DNA of 32,000 nt, taken from Alkalilimnicola ehrlichii MLHE-1. GTDB lineage: Bacteria; Pseudomonadota; Gammaproteobacteria; Nitrococcales; Halorhodospiraceae. The position numbers and the translations under genes were made by a program. Shown piece after piece: positions 11,927 to 23,649 of this stretch; positions within the stretch are counted from its first letter, which is position 1, and every line of letters begins with the position of its first letter. The notes beneath the pieces are model-generated. The model was not told where the DNA came from. It made no database searches and saw only the letters and a list, made by a program, of their open reading frames with translations. The stretch is taken from positions 2,880,001 through 2,912,000 of the forward strand of contig NC_008340.1 in the NCBI RefSeq assembly GCF_000014785.1, in the 5' to 3' direction.

Positions 11927-13552
11927 ATGAGCCTGCGCGTCACCATGGCCCAACTGACCTGCCCGGTGGGCGACATCGAAGGCAATACCCGCCGCATCGT
12001 CGGGGCCATCGAGACCGCCCGCGACAGGGAGGGCGCTCAACTGGTCGTCTTCCCCGAGCTGGCCGTCACCGGCTACCCGCCGGACGACCTGCTGCTGCGA
12101 GACGACTTCACCCGGGCCGCGGAGAACGCACTGCAGGCCATCCAGGCCGCCAGTCGGGGTGTCACCGCCGTGGTCGGCGTGCCGTTGCGCGATCGCCGTG
12201 GACTGCACAACGCCGCCGTGGTGGTCCAGGACGGCCGGGTGATCGCGCGTTACGCCAAACGGGAACTGCCCACCTACAGTGTGTTCGACGACAGCCGCCA
12301 CTTCGTCGCCGGCGACAGCCCCTGTGTGGTCGACGTGGCCGGCACCCGGGTGGGGCTCAGCATCTGCGAGGACATCTGGTGGCCGACACCGGCCCGCGAG
12401 GCGGTGGCCGCCGGGGCCGAGTTCGTGGTCAACCTCAATGCCTCGCCCTTCCACCGGCGCAAGCAGGCGGAACGCGAGGCGGTCCTGCGCGAGCGCGCGC
12501 TGGACACCCACCGCCCCCTGCTCTACGTGAACATGGTCGGCGGCCACGACGAGGTGGTCTATGACGGTGGCTCGCTGGCCGTGGATGCCGGCGGCACCGT
12601 CCAGGCGCGCGCCCCCCGCTTCCGAAGCGGGCTCTGCACCGTGGAGGTGGACACGGATCACGGCAATGTCAACGGCGAGCAGAGCACCCAGCCCTCGGAG
12701 GAGGGGGCCGTGTACCAGGCGCTGGTCACCGGTCTGCGTGACTACGTGCAGCGCAACGGCTTCCCCGGCGTAGTCCTGGGGCTGTCCGGGGGGATCGACT
12801 CGGCCGTTGCTGCGGCAGTGGCCGTGGATGCCCTCGGCGCCGACCGGGTCCAGGCGGTGATGATGCCCAGCCGCTATACCGCGCCCATGAGCTTGGACGA
12901 TGCCCAGGCCATCGCCCGCATGCTGGGCATTCGCTACCAGACCACCTCCATCGAGCCCATCTTCCAGAGCTTTCTCAGCAGCCTGGCCCCCAGTTTCGAG
13001 GGGCTGGACCCGGACGTGACCGAAGAGAACCTGCAATCGCGCATCCGCGGCACCCTGCTCATGGCGCTGTCCAACAAGACCGGGCGCATGGTGCTGGCCT
13101 GCGGCAACAAGAGCGAACTGGCCGTCGGCTACGCCACGCTCTACGGCGATATGTGCGGCGGCTATGCACCGCTCAAGGATGTCTACAAGACCGAGGTCTA
13201 CCGGCTGGCCCGCTACCGCCAGAGCCTCAAACCGGCATTCCCCGACAACATCTTCTCACGCCCACCGACCGCCGAACTGGCGGCGGGCCAGAAGGACGAG
13301 GACAGCCTGCCACCCTATCCGGTGCTGGACGATATACTGGAGAGGTACGTGGAGCACGACGAGAGCGAGGCACTGATCGTCGCCGCCGGCCATGAACCGG
13401 CCACCGTGGCCCAGGTCACCCGGCTGCTGCGGCGCAACGAGTACAAGCGGCGCCAATCCGCCCCCGGCCCCAAGGTAACCCCCCGGGCCTTCGGGCGCGA
13501 CCGCCGCTATCCCATCAGCTCAGGTTGGCCGGGCGTACCGGTAACCTCCTGA
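11927..13552 (+). CDS. nadE: NAD+ synthase, glutamine-hydrolysing
   Basis: 541 aa; nitrilase-type N-terminal domain (LVVFPELAVTGYPPDDLLLR, LSICEDIWW) plus synthetase P-loop LGLSGGIDSAV. Confidence 0.96.
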   Translation: MSLRVTMAQLTCPVGDIEGNTRRIVGAIETARDREGAQLVVFPELAVTGYPPDDLLLRDDFTRAAENALQAIQAASRGVTAVVGVPLRDRRGLHNAAVVVQDGRVIARYAKRELPTYSVFDDSRHFVAGDSPCVVDVAGTRVGLSICEDIWWPTPAREAVAAGAEFVVNLNASPFHRRKQAEREAVLRERALDTHRPLLYVNMVGGHDEVVYDGGSLAVDAGGTVQARAPRFRSGLCTVEVDTDHGNVNGEQSTQPSEEGAVYQALVTGLRDYVQRNGFPGVVLGLSGGIDSAVAAAVAVDALGADRVQAVMMPSRYTAPMSLDDAQAIARMLGIRYQTTSIEPIFQSFLSSLAPSFEGLDPDVTEENLQSRIRGTLLMALSNKTGRMVLACGNKSELAVGYATLYGDMCGGYAPLKDVYKTEVYRLARYRQSLKPAFPDNIFSRPPTAELAAGQKDEDSLPPYPVLDDILERYVEHDESEALIVAAGHEPATVAQVTRLLRRNEYKRRQSAPGPKVTPRAFGRDRRYPISSGWPGVPVTS

Positions 13553-14017
<465 letters not shown>

Positions 14018-14077
14018 GCCCCGCCGAGCGGGCCGGGACGCCGGGGCCCGGCCCGCGGCATCACCGGCCCCGTCCCG

Positions 14078-14842
14078 TCATTGGGCGGCCAACGGGTGGC
14101 CGGGGAAGTTCTCGCCGATCACCCGGCGCACGTCCTGCTGCAGGTCCGCCAGCTCTAGCATCCCGTAGGCCTCCACCAGCACCTCCAGGGCGTCCTCCAC
14201 CGCTCCGGTGCCCTGGTACTCCTGGAGCACCGTGCGGGCACGGCCCACCGCCGCCACCGGCGCATCCCGCCGGAGGTAGAAGCGCGCCACGTAGATCTCG
14301 TGCCGCGCCAGCAGGTCGCGGATCTCCTGCATCCGCTCTCGGGCGTCGTCCACGTATTCGCTGTCCGGATGGCGCTGGATCAGCTCCCGGAAATCCACAA
14401 AGGCGCGACGCAACGGTTGCGGGTCGCGCAGACTGCGGTCGAGATTGAAAACCCGGGTGAAGAACTCATCGCCAACGCCCGCGTTCGCCAGCCCACGCAT
14501 GTACCGGGCGTACGCCACGTTCGGGTCGCGGGGATAGAGCCGCATGAAGCGGTCGGCGGCGGCGATGGTCGATTCCAGCTCACCGGCCTGGTAATAGGCG
14601 TAGATGATATCCAGCTGCGCCTGGGTGGCGAAGGGCCCAAAGGGGAAGCGCCCCTGGAGGCGTTCCAGCGTCTCCACGGCCATGGTGTAGTTGCCATTCT
14701 CCAGCTGGCGCCGCGCCTGCTGATAGAGTTCCTCCGCGGTGGCCTGCTCCTCCTGGCGCTCCGGACCGTTGGAGGAACAGCCGCCGGCCAGCAACAGCGG
14801 CACGATCAGGAGCAGCGACCACAGCCAGGGCTTGCGCGACAT
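14078..14842 (-). CDS. bamD: outer membrane assembly lipoprotein BamD (ComL)
   Basis: Signal peptide with lipobox LLAGGCSS; TPR-type YQQARRQLENGNYTMAVETLERLQGRFPFGPFATQAQLDIIYAYYQ; divergent from rluD. Confidence 0.94.
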   Translation of the reverse strand: MSRKPWLWSLLLIVPLLLAGGCSSNGPERQEEQATAEELYQQARRQLENGNYTMAVETLERLQGRFPFGPFATQAQLDIIYAYYQAGELESTIAAADRFMRLYPRDPNVAYARYMRGLANAGVGDEFFTRVFNLDRSLRDPQPLRRAFVDFRELIQRHPDSEYVDDARERMQEIRDLLARHEIYVARFYLRRDAPVAAVGRARTVLQEYQGTGAVEDALEVLVEAYGMLELADLQQDVRRVIGENFPGHPLAAQ

Positions 14843-14912
14843 AGGGGACCTCAATCTGACATTCTGCGGGAAAGCGCTTATTCTACGCGCCTGCGCGCAG
14901 CGGAACAGCACC

Positions 14913-15854
14913 ATGGGCACTCGCATAGAACACGACATCCTCATCGACGAGCAGCAGACCGGTCAGCGGCTGGACCAGGCCTTGGCCGCCCTGCTGCCGG
15001 ACTACTCCCGCAGCCGTATCCAGCAGTGGATCCGCGAGGGGGCGGTCCGGCTGGAGGGCACCGCCCCCCGGCCGCGGGACAAAGTCGCTGCCGGGCAACA
15101 GGTCACGATACGGGCCGAACTGGAGGAAGAGCAACGGGTCAGTGCCGAGCCGATCCCCCTGCGCATCCAGTACGAGGACCGCCACCTGTTGGTCATAGAC
15201 AAGCCCGCGGGCCTGGTGGTTCACCCCGGGGCCGGCAACCGCGAGGGCACCCTGCAGAACGCCCTGCTCCACCACGACCCGCAACTGGCCGAGCTGCCGC
15301 GGTCCGGCATCGTACACCGGCTCGACAAGGACACCTCCGGGCTGATGGTGGTGGCGCGCAGCCTGGCCGCCCACACCGCCCTGGTGGCCCAGCTGCAGGC
15401 CCGCAGCGTCCGGCGCGAATACCTGGCGCTGGTGAACGGCTGTCCGGTGGCCGGCGGTACCGTGGAGGCCCCCATCGGTCGCCACCCGCGGGACCGCAAA
15501 CGCATGGCGGTGGTCGAGCGCGGGCGCCCGGCCACCACCCACTACCGGGTGGAGGAGCGCCTGGCCGCCCACACCCTCCTGCGCTGCTTTCTCGAGACCG
15601 GACGCACGCACCAGATCCGGGTGCACATGGCCCATGCCGGCTACCCGCTGGTGGGCGATCCCGTCTACGGCGGGCGGCTGCGGCTGCCGCCGCGGGCCAC
15701 CGAGGCGCAGCGCCAGGCCCTGCGCGCCTTCCAGCGCCAGGCCCTGCACGCCGCCCGACTGGCCCTGGACCACCCAGAGAGCGGCGAGCGCCTGAGCTGG
15801 GAGGCCCCCCTGCCCGAAGACATGGCCGCGCTGCTGGCCTGTCTGCGGTCCTGA
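14913..15854 (+). CDS. rluD: 23S rRNA pseudouridine(1911/1915/1917) synthase
   Basis: S4 domain then GIVHRLDKDTSGLMVVARS, the catalytic HRLDKDTSG motif; divergent from bamD. Confidence 0.95.
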   Translation: MGTRIEHDILIDEQQTGQRLDQALAALLPDYSRSRIQQWIREGAVRLEGTAPRPRDKVAAGQQVTIRAELEEEQRVSAEPIPLRIQYEDRHLLVIDKPAGLVVHPGAGNREGTLQNALLHHDPQLAELPRSGIVHRLDKDTSGLMVVARSLAAHTALVAQLQARSVRREYLALVNGCPVAGGTVEAPIGRHPRDRKRMAVVERGRPATTHYRVEERLAAHTLLRCFLETGRTHQIRVHMAHAGYPLVGDPVYGGRLRLPPRATEAQRQALRAFQRQALHAARLALDHPESGERLSWEAPLPEDMAALLACLRS

Positions 15855-15908
15855 CACCCCCGGTGCCGGTGCTTCCCGCCGCGGGCACAACCACGCTACG
15901 CTTGGGGC

Positions 15909-17009
15909 ATGGACGCACTCACCGCGAAGACCGCGTTGGAGAAGGGTAAGGCCAGTCGGCACGAGTTCGAGGGCCTGCACTACATCCGGCTGCACGACAG
16001 CGTGGCCCGGCTGCCCAAGGGCAGCGTGCGACTCGACGATGGCACCGTCGTCCCGGGCTACCCCTCCATCGGCCGCATCCAGGCCCTGGGCCCCGGTCTG
16101 GCGAAGCAATACGGTGATGAGCTCTTCTGGGCGGAAGAGAAGATCGATGGCTTCAACATCCGCATCCTCGCCCACCAGGGCCGGCTGCTGGCCTTCAGCC
16201 GCGGCGGGTATCTCTGCCCGTTCAGCACCGACCGCGTTCCCGAGCTGCTTGACCCCACCCTGTTCGACGACCACCCGGGGCTGATCCTGTGTGCCGAGTT
16301 GGCAGGGCCGGAGAACCCCTACATGGAAGGCAGCCCGCCCCACGTCACCGAGGACGTGGCCCTGTTCGTCTTCGACATCCGGCGCGCCGGTGCCAACGGC
16401 TTCCTCCCGCAGGAGGAGAAGCTGGCCCTGGCCGAGCGCTACCGGCTGCCCCTGGCCCGGGTCTTTGGTCGCTACCGGGCCGACGACCAGCAGGCGCTGC
16501 ACGCCTTGATCCTGGAACTGGATGAGGCCGGCTGTGAAGGCCTGGTGTTCAAGGGCGAGACACGCGGGGCACGCAGCAAGTACGTCACCGCCCGGTCCAA
16601 TATCACCGATATCGCCCTGGTCAGCGACGCCCTGCTCGACCTGCCACCGGAGTACTTCACCCACCGCCTGATGCGCTTGGCGCTGTTCGAGAGTGAGCAC
16701 CGCGGCGACGACACGGCGCTGGAACAGGAGCTGGGCCGGGCCCTGCTCCGGGGCCTCGGCCGGGCGGTGGAGCGCAGCCGCAGCGTGGGCCGGGTCGGTC
16801 ACCGCTACCGCTGCCGATTCCGCGAGAAGCGCAACCTGGAGCACTTCGTCGCCCACCTGGAGGCCACCGGCGGCCCGCAGCACGTCAAGATCCTCTACCA
16901 GCCCACGCACCAGGAGGACGGCTACTGGGTGCTGGAGTTTGAGCGCGTGCTGCCGCGGATGACCGGTACCCTGGCCCACAGCCTTTCCGGCGGCGCCCAG
17001 TTCGACTGA
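15909..17009 (+). CDS. ATP-dependent RNA ligase, Pab1020 / Rnl3 (archaeal-type, MthRnl-like) family
   Basis: 366 aa; nucleotidyltransferase motif I EEKIDGFNIR, motif III ILCAELAGPENPY, motif IV EGLVFKGE, motif V SKYVT; N-terminal SVRLDDGTVVPGYPSIGRI. Confidence 0.9.
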   Translation: MDALTAKTALEKGKASRHEFEGLHYIRLHDSVARLPKGSVRLDDGTVVPGYPSIGRIQALGPGLAKQYGDELFWAEEKIDGFNIRILAHQGRLLAFSRGGYLCPFSTDRVPELLDPTLFDDHPGLILCAELAGPENPYMEGSPPHVTEDVALFVFDIRRAGANGFLPQEEKLALAERYRLPLARVFGRYRADDQQALHALILELDEAGCEGLVFKGETRGARSKYVTARSNITDIALVSDALLDLPPEYFTHRLMRLALFESEHRGDDTALEQELGRALLRGLGRAVERSRSVGRVGHRYRCRFREKRNLEHFVAHLEATGGPQHVKILYQPTHQEDGYWVLEFERVLPRMTGTLAHSLSGGAQFD

Positions 17010-17031
17010 CGGCCTACCCCGCCCCGGCGCG

Positions 17032-18348
17032 CTAGGCGCGCTGCACCCAATCCACGATGCGCTCCATCCCGGCCACGACGTTGGGACAGCAATGTTCGAG
17101 GAACTCCTCGGAGAGCTTGCCCGCCGGTTCCGCCGACGCCGCAGTGAGCACCCGGGCGCCGTCGAAGTCCACATAGGCGAGCCGGGCCGACAGTTCCGCC
17201 TCGGGCCGCCCGAACGCACTGCCCGGTAGCAGCGCCACGCCGGTCTCCTGCAGCAGCCGGTTGCAGAGCGCCGGCGCGGTGTGGATGCCGCGCGCCACCA
17301 GCCGCTCGCGCTGTGGGCTGAAGTCGGGGAACAGGTAGAACCCGCCAACCGGACGGGGCGTGGACAGGCCCGCCTGATCGAGGCGCCGCCAGCAGTACCG
17401 GCCCAGTGCCTGCAACACGCGCCGGGACTGCTGCAGGTATTGTTCGATCTCCAGGCCGCCCTGGAAGGCGCGCACCGCCGCATACTGGATCGGAGAGCTG
17501 GTGGAGGTGTAGGTCTCGCTGGCCACCACCGCCATGGCCTCCAGCAACCAGTGCAGCCCGCGGGGGAAGGCGAAGGTACCCAGCCGCCACCCCCCCGCCC
17601 CGCACCACTTGCTCAACCCGCTGCTGATGATGGTGCCCTCCGGGTAGAAGCGCGCCACCGAGACATGCTGGCCCCGGTGGTGCAGCTCGCTGTAGATCTC
17701 GTCCGAGAGCAGGACCACCCGGTACTTGCGGGCGACCCGGGCCAGCCCCCGCAGCTCGTCCGCGGTATAGCTCTCGCCGGTGGGGTTGTTCGGGTAGTTG
17801 AGGATCAGGATGCGGGGCCGGGAGGGATCCTCCGCACAGAGCTTCTCCAACTCCTCGGGCAGCAGGCGCCAGTCGTTCTCGTAGCGGGTCTGCACCCAGC
17901 GGATCTGCCGGCCGATGATGTGGGCCTGGGGGGCGTAGGAGACCCAACTGGGGGTGGGAATGACCAGGTCGCCGTAGTAGACCAACTGCAGGATGAACAT
18001 CAGCTCCTTGGAGCCCGGACCGATCAGCACATCCTCGGCCGACAGCTCCACGCCCTGGCTGCGCCGGTGGTACTCGGCCACCGCCTCGCGCAGGTTGCGC
18101 AGGCCCTCCACCGGCAGGTAGTCCTTCTGGTGGGCATTGGCCTTGAGCTCGGCCTCCACCGGCCCCGGGACCGGGAAGGGGGACTGGCCGAGACCGAAGC
18201 GGTAGACGTGGCGCCCCTGCGCGGCCAGGGCCGCGCTGCGCTCGTTGATGACGAGGGTGGCGGACTGGCCCAGCCCGCGGACGTTGAGATTAAGGTGGAT
18301 CTCCGGGGCGTGGTTGCGACGCCCGGGGTGGTTAGCGTATTGCGGCAC
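17032..18348 (-). CDS. PLP-dependent class I/II aminotransferase
   Basis: 438 aa; ILNYPNNPTGESYTADEL, VVLLSDEIYSELHH, lysine region ISSGLSKWCGAGGWRLG. Confidence 0.93.
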   Translation of the reverse strand: MPQYANHPGRRNHAPEIHLNLNVRGLGQSATLVINERSAALAAQGRHVYRFGLGQSPFPVPGPVEAELKANAHQKDYLPVEGLRNLREAVAEYHRRSQGVELSAEDVLIGPGSKELMFILQLVYYGDLVIPTPSWVSYAPQAHIIGRQIRWVQTRYENDWRLLPEELEKLCAEDPSRPRILILNYPNNPTGESYTADELRGLARVARKYRVVLLSDEIYSELHHRGQHVSVARFYPEGTIISSGLSKWCGAGGWRLGTFAFPRGLHWLLEAMAVVASETYTSTSSPIQYAAVRAFQGGLEIEQYLQQSRRVLQALGRYCWRRLDQAGLSTPRPVGGFYLFPDFSPQRERLVARGIHTAPALCNRLLQETGVALLPGSAFGRPEAELSARLAYVDFDGARVLTAASAEPAGKLSEEFLEHCCPNVVAGMERIVDWVQRA

Positions 18349-18595
18349 AGCGATGCCCCCCTTGCTGACTGCGACCGGCGGACCGGCCGCTCACCATCAC
18401 CGGGCAGCGCATCGCCACGGCGAGCGCCCCCCTTTCCCCGAAGGTTAGCCGCTCCCGTCCGCCTGTCATGCCCACCCTTCCCGGACGGGAACCGGGCACA
18501 CTTCCTGCTACCGTTTTGGTTATCAGAAACGCGGCGTAGCCGGCCGCATGGGCCGGTGCGCCTCGTGGTCATGACAAAGATAAAGGGAGGCAGCT

Positions 18596-19378
18596 ATGAC
18601 CAGACCCCCCGTGGACGGGCTCCTGCTGGATATCGGCGGCGTGCTCTATCAAGGTGCAGAGGCCCTGCCCGGTGCACCGGAGGCGATGCAGCGCCTGCGC
18701 GCCAGCGGGCTGGCGCTGCGCTTCGCCACCAATACCAGTCGCACCACCCGCGCCGCCCTGGCCGAAAAGCTGGGCCGGCTGGGCTTTGACGTGGCGGCCG
18801 AGGAGATCTTCACCGCACCGCTCGCCGCGGTGCAGACCATCCGCGAGCGGGGCCTGCGGCCGCTGCTGCTGGTCCACCCGGATCTCGGCCCCGATCTCAC
18901 CGGCTTCCCCGATGGCCCACCCGACGCCGTGCTCATCGGCGACGCCGGTGAGCACTTCGATTACCGGGGCCTGAACCGGGCCTTCCGGCTGCTGATGGAG
19001 GGGGCACCGCTGCTCGCCCTGGCGCGCAACCGCTACTTCCGGGAGCAGGACGGGCTGTCGCTGGACGTGGGCCCCTTCGTGGCGGCGCTGGAGTATGCCA
19101 GCGGTGTGGCGGCGGAGGTCTACGGCAAACCCGCCCCGGGCTTTTTCCGGGAAGCGGCGGAGGCCCTAGGGGTGGCCCCGGAGCGGCTGCTGATGGTGGG
19201 TGATGACGTGGAATCGGACGTGATCGGCGCCCTGGACGCCGGCCTGCAGGCGGCCCTGGTGCGCACCGGCAAGTTCAGTCCGGAGGACGAAACCACCCTG
19301 GCCGACCGCGCCCCGGTGCTGGAGGACTTCCCGGCGCTGGTGGACTGGCTGCTCGGCGCCGGGGGCGAGAACGGCTAA
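18596..19378 (+). CDS. HAD-superfamily hydrolase, LHPP-like (TIGR01458-type)
   Basis: 260 aa; motif I LLLDIGGVLYQG, motif II FATNTSRTT, motif III/IV VYGKPAPGFF ... LLMVGDDVESDVIGALDAGLQAALVRTGKF. Confidence 0.88.
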   Translation: MTRPPVDGLLLDIGGVLYQGAEALPGAPEAMQRLRASGLALRFATNTSRTTRAALAEKLGRLGFDVAAEEIFTAPLAAVQTIRERGLRPLLLVHPDLGPDLTGFPDGPPDAVLIGDAGEHFDYRGLNRAFRLLMEGAPLLALARNRYFREQDGLSLDVGPFVAALEYASGVAAEVYGKPAPGFFREAAEALGVAPERLLMVGDDVESDVIGALDAGLQAALVRTGKFSPEDETTLADRAPVLEDFPALVDWLLGAGGENG

Positions 19379-19953
19379 TGGCCGGCACCCAGGTTCTCCA
19401 TCACCTGGCGCAGATAGTCCGCGGTGAGCAGCTTCACGCCCATCCGATTGCCCAACTTGCGCATGCCCTCGTCGGCGCTGACCAGCTCGGCGTCCAGCTC
19501 CATGGCCAGCAGCACCGCGTCCACGTCCTCGCGGGAGTCCACCAGCCCCTTGCGCATGGCCTCCCGGTAGCGCTCGCGCAGGCTGGCGATCAGCTCCGGA
19601 CGCATGTCGGTGGCCGCCCCCGCCTGGCGAGTGTGCTCCTCGGCGATCCGCAGCCCGCGGTCGATGCGGCCGCGCAGCTCGTGGATGAACTCGTAGAGGA
19701 TCTCCGCCGGGATGGTCATGCTGAACCGGCGCGGTGAACGGACCCAGACATCGGTCTCGAAGTCCGCCGCCATCTCCGCCAGGTCCCGCATGCGCCGGAA
19801 CTCGTCATAGACCGACAGCGGCATGTAGAACTCCGCTGGACAGCGCCGGGCCAGGTGCAGGAAGGTCTGCACCCCGGCCAGCGGGTCCTCGCCGAACTGC
19901 ACGGCGCAGTGGGGGTTGGTGAAAACGCTGGTGTCCAGCACGAATCGGCGCAT
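19375..19953 (-). CDS. HARP: minimal protein-only RNase P (homolog of Aquifex RNase P; UPF0278 / PIN_5 / 'RNA ligase partner' family)
   Basis: 192 aa MRRFVLDTSVFTNPHCAVQFGEDPLAGVQTFLHLARR...FYMPLSVYDEFRRM...VDSREDVDAVLLAMELDAELVSADEGMRKLGNRMGVKLLTADYLRQVMENL. PIN-domain acidic residues (DTS, DEF, SREDVDAV, SADEG) in the UPF0278 arrangement. Confidence 0.88.
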   Translation of the reverse strand: MRRFVLDTSVFTNPHCAVQFGEDPLAGVQTFLHLARRCPAEFYMPLSVYDEFRRMRDLAEMAADFETDVWVRSPRRFSMTIPAEILYEFIHELRGRIDRGLRIAEEHTRQAGAATDMRPELIASLRERYREAMRKGLVDSREDVDAVLLAMELDAELVSADEGMRKLGNRMGVKLLTADYLRQVMENLGAGH

Positions 19954-20035
19954 GGTGGCACTCCCTGTGATCCTTACCCTGATGATCCGCCGCGCCGCCG
20001 GCCGGGTCAATCCGTGCCGCGGCGCTGTCGCTGCC

Positions 20036-20770
20036 TCACGCCAGCCAGATCAGCGTGGCCATGCGCCCGGTCTCGCCGTCGCGGCGGTAGGAGAAGAACC
20101 GCCCGGCATCGGACCAGGTGCAGTGGTCCGCGCCGTACACGGCCTGCACACCGGCGGCGGCCAATCGTCGCGCGGCCAGGGTGTAGAGATCGGCCCGCCA
20201 ACGCCCCTGCGCATCCGCCCGGAAGCAGGGCCCGGCGCCGTCATCCCGGGCCAGAAAGGCCTGACGCACGTCGTCACCCACCTGGAAGGCCTCGGGACCG
20301 ATCGCGGGCCCCAACCAAGCCATCAGCCCCCCGGGGCCGCCCAGGGCGCTCACCCCCGCCTCCAGGATGCCACCGGCCAGGCCGCGCCAGCCGGCGTGCA
20401 GGGCCGCCACCCGGGGCCCGTCCTGGTCGCAGAGCACCACCGGCAGGCAGTCGGCGGTCAGGACCGCGCAGACCACGCCCGGTCGGTCGGTCCAACTGCC
20501 GTCGGCCTCGGGCACGCCCTCCACGGCGTGCGCCGCCACCACCCGCGTACCGTGGACCTGCCGGAGCCAGACCGGCCCCGAGGGCAGTGCCGCGGCCTCG
20601 CGCAGGCGCCTGCGGTTGTCGGCCACTCGCTCCGGATCGTCGCCGGTGTGGCCGCCGAGGTTCAGGCTGTCGTAGGGGGGCCGGCTGAACCCACCGGTAC
20701 GGGTCGAGACCAGTGCCCGCACCCCGGCCGGTGCCGGCCAATCAGGCCGGATGAAATCCAGTTCACTCAT
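20036..20770 (-). CDS. pgeF: peptidoglycan editing factor / purine nucleoside phosphorylase YfiH family (laccase domain)
   Basis: MSELDFIRPDWPAPAGVRALVSTRTGGFSRPPYDSLNLGGHTGDD ... VWLRQVHGTRVV ... CAVLTADCLPVVLCD ... AALHAGWRGLAGGI. Confidence 0.95.
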   Translation of the reverse strand: MSELDFIRPDWPAPAGVRALVSTRTGGFSRPPYDSLNLGGHTGDDPERVADNRRRLREAAALPSGPVWLRQVHGTRVVAAHAVEGVPEADGSWTDRPGVVCAVLTADCLPVVLCDQDGPRVAALHAGWRGLAGGILEAGVSALGGPGGLMAWLGPAIGPEAFQVGDDVRQAFLARDDGAGPCFRADAQGRWRADLYTLAARRLAAAGVQAVYGADHCTWSDAGRFFSYRRDGETGRMATLIWLA

Positions 20771-20824
20771 GGCGTCCATCATCGGCCAAACCGATGCTGA
20801 CGCCAAGCCGAAACGGTGCCCACG

Positions 20825-20853
20825 GTTGAAAAGCCCTGCGCACTCCCCCATCT
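20825..20853 (+). promoter_or_regulatory. sigma-32 (heat-shock) promoter of clpB
   Basis: GTTGAAA-N14-CCCCATCT (TTGAAA 20826-20831, CCCCAT 20846-20851), a near-perfect match to CTTGAAA-N13..15-CCCCATNT, 54 nt upstream of the clpB ATG. Confidence 0.88.
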
Positions 20854-20907
20854 GTTAGTGCAAAGGCATTGACGGGTGACTCACACCCTGGAGCAAGAGG
20901 ATTCACC

Positions 20908-23502
<2,595 letters not shown>

Positions 23503-23589
23503 GGCAGGCCCTGGGGGGGTATCGGTGACGCCCCCAACAGGCTGAGTAATGGCCGCGATATAACGGGTATTGGCCAATTTACCGCACAG

Positions 23590-23619
23590 AGCCCCCGACC
23601 TGCGAGTCGGGGGCTTTTT
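23590..23619 (+). terminator. rho-independent terminator after clpB
   Basis: agcccccgac-ctgcga-gtcgggggct followed by TTTT. Confidence 0.9.
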
Positions 23620-23649
23620 GTATCTGGGCTGGGGCTACCGGCTGAAGCA

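Noticed and set aside
14883-17483. 866-aa minus-strand ORF
   Set aside because: Antisense to rluD and the RNA ligase gene, with no recognisable domain; the real frames on the plus strand are unambiguous.
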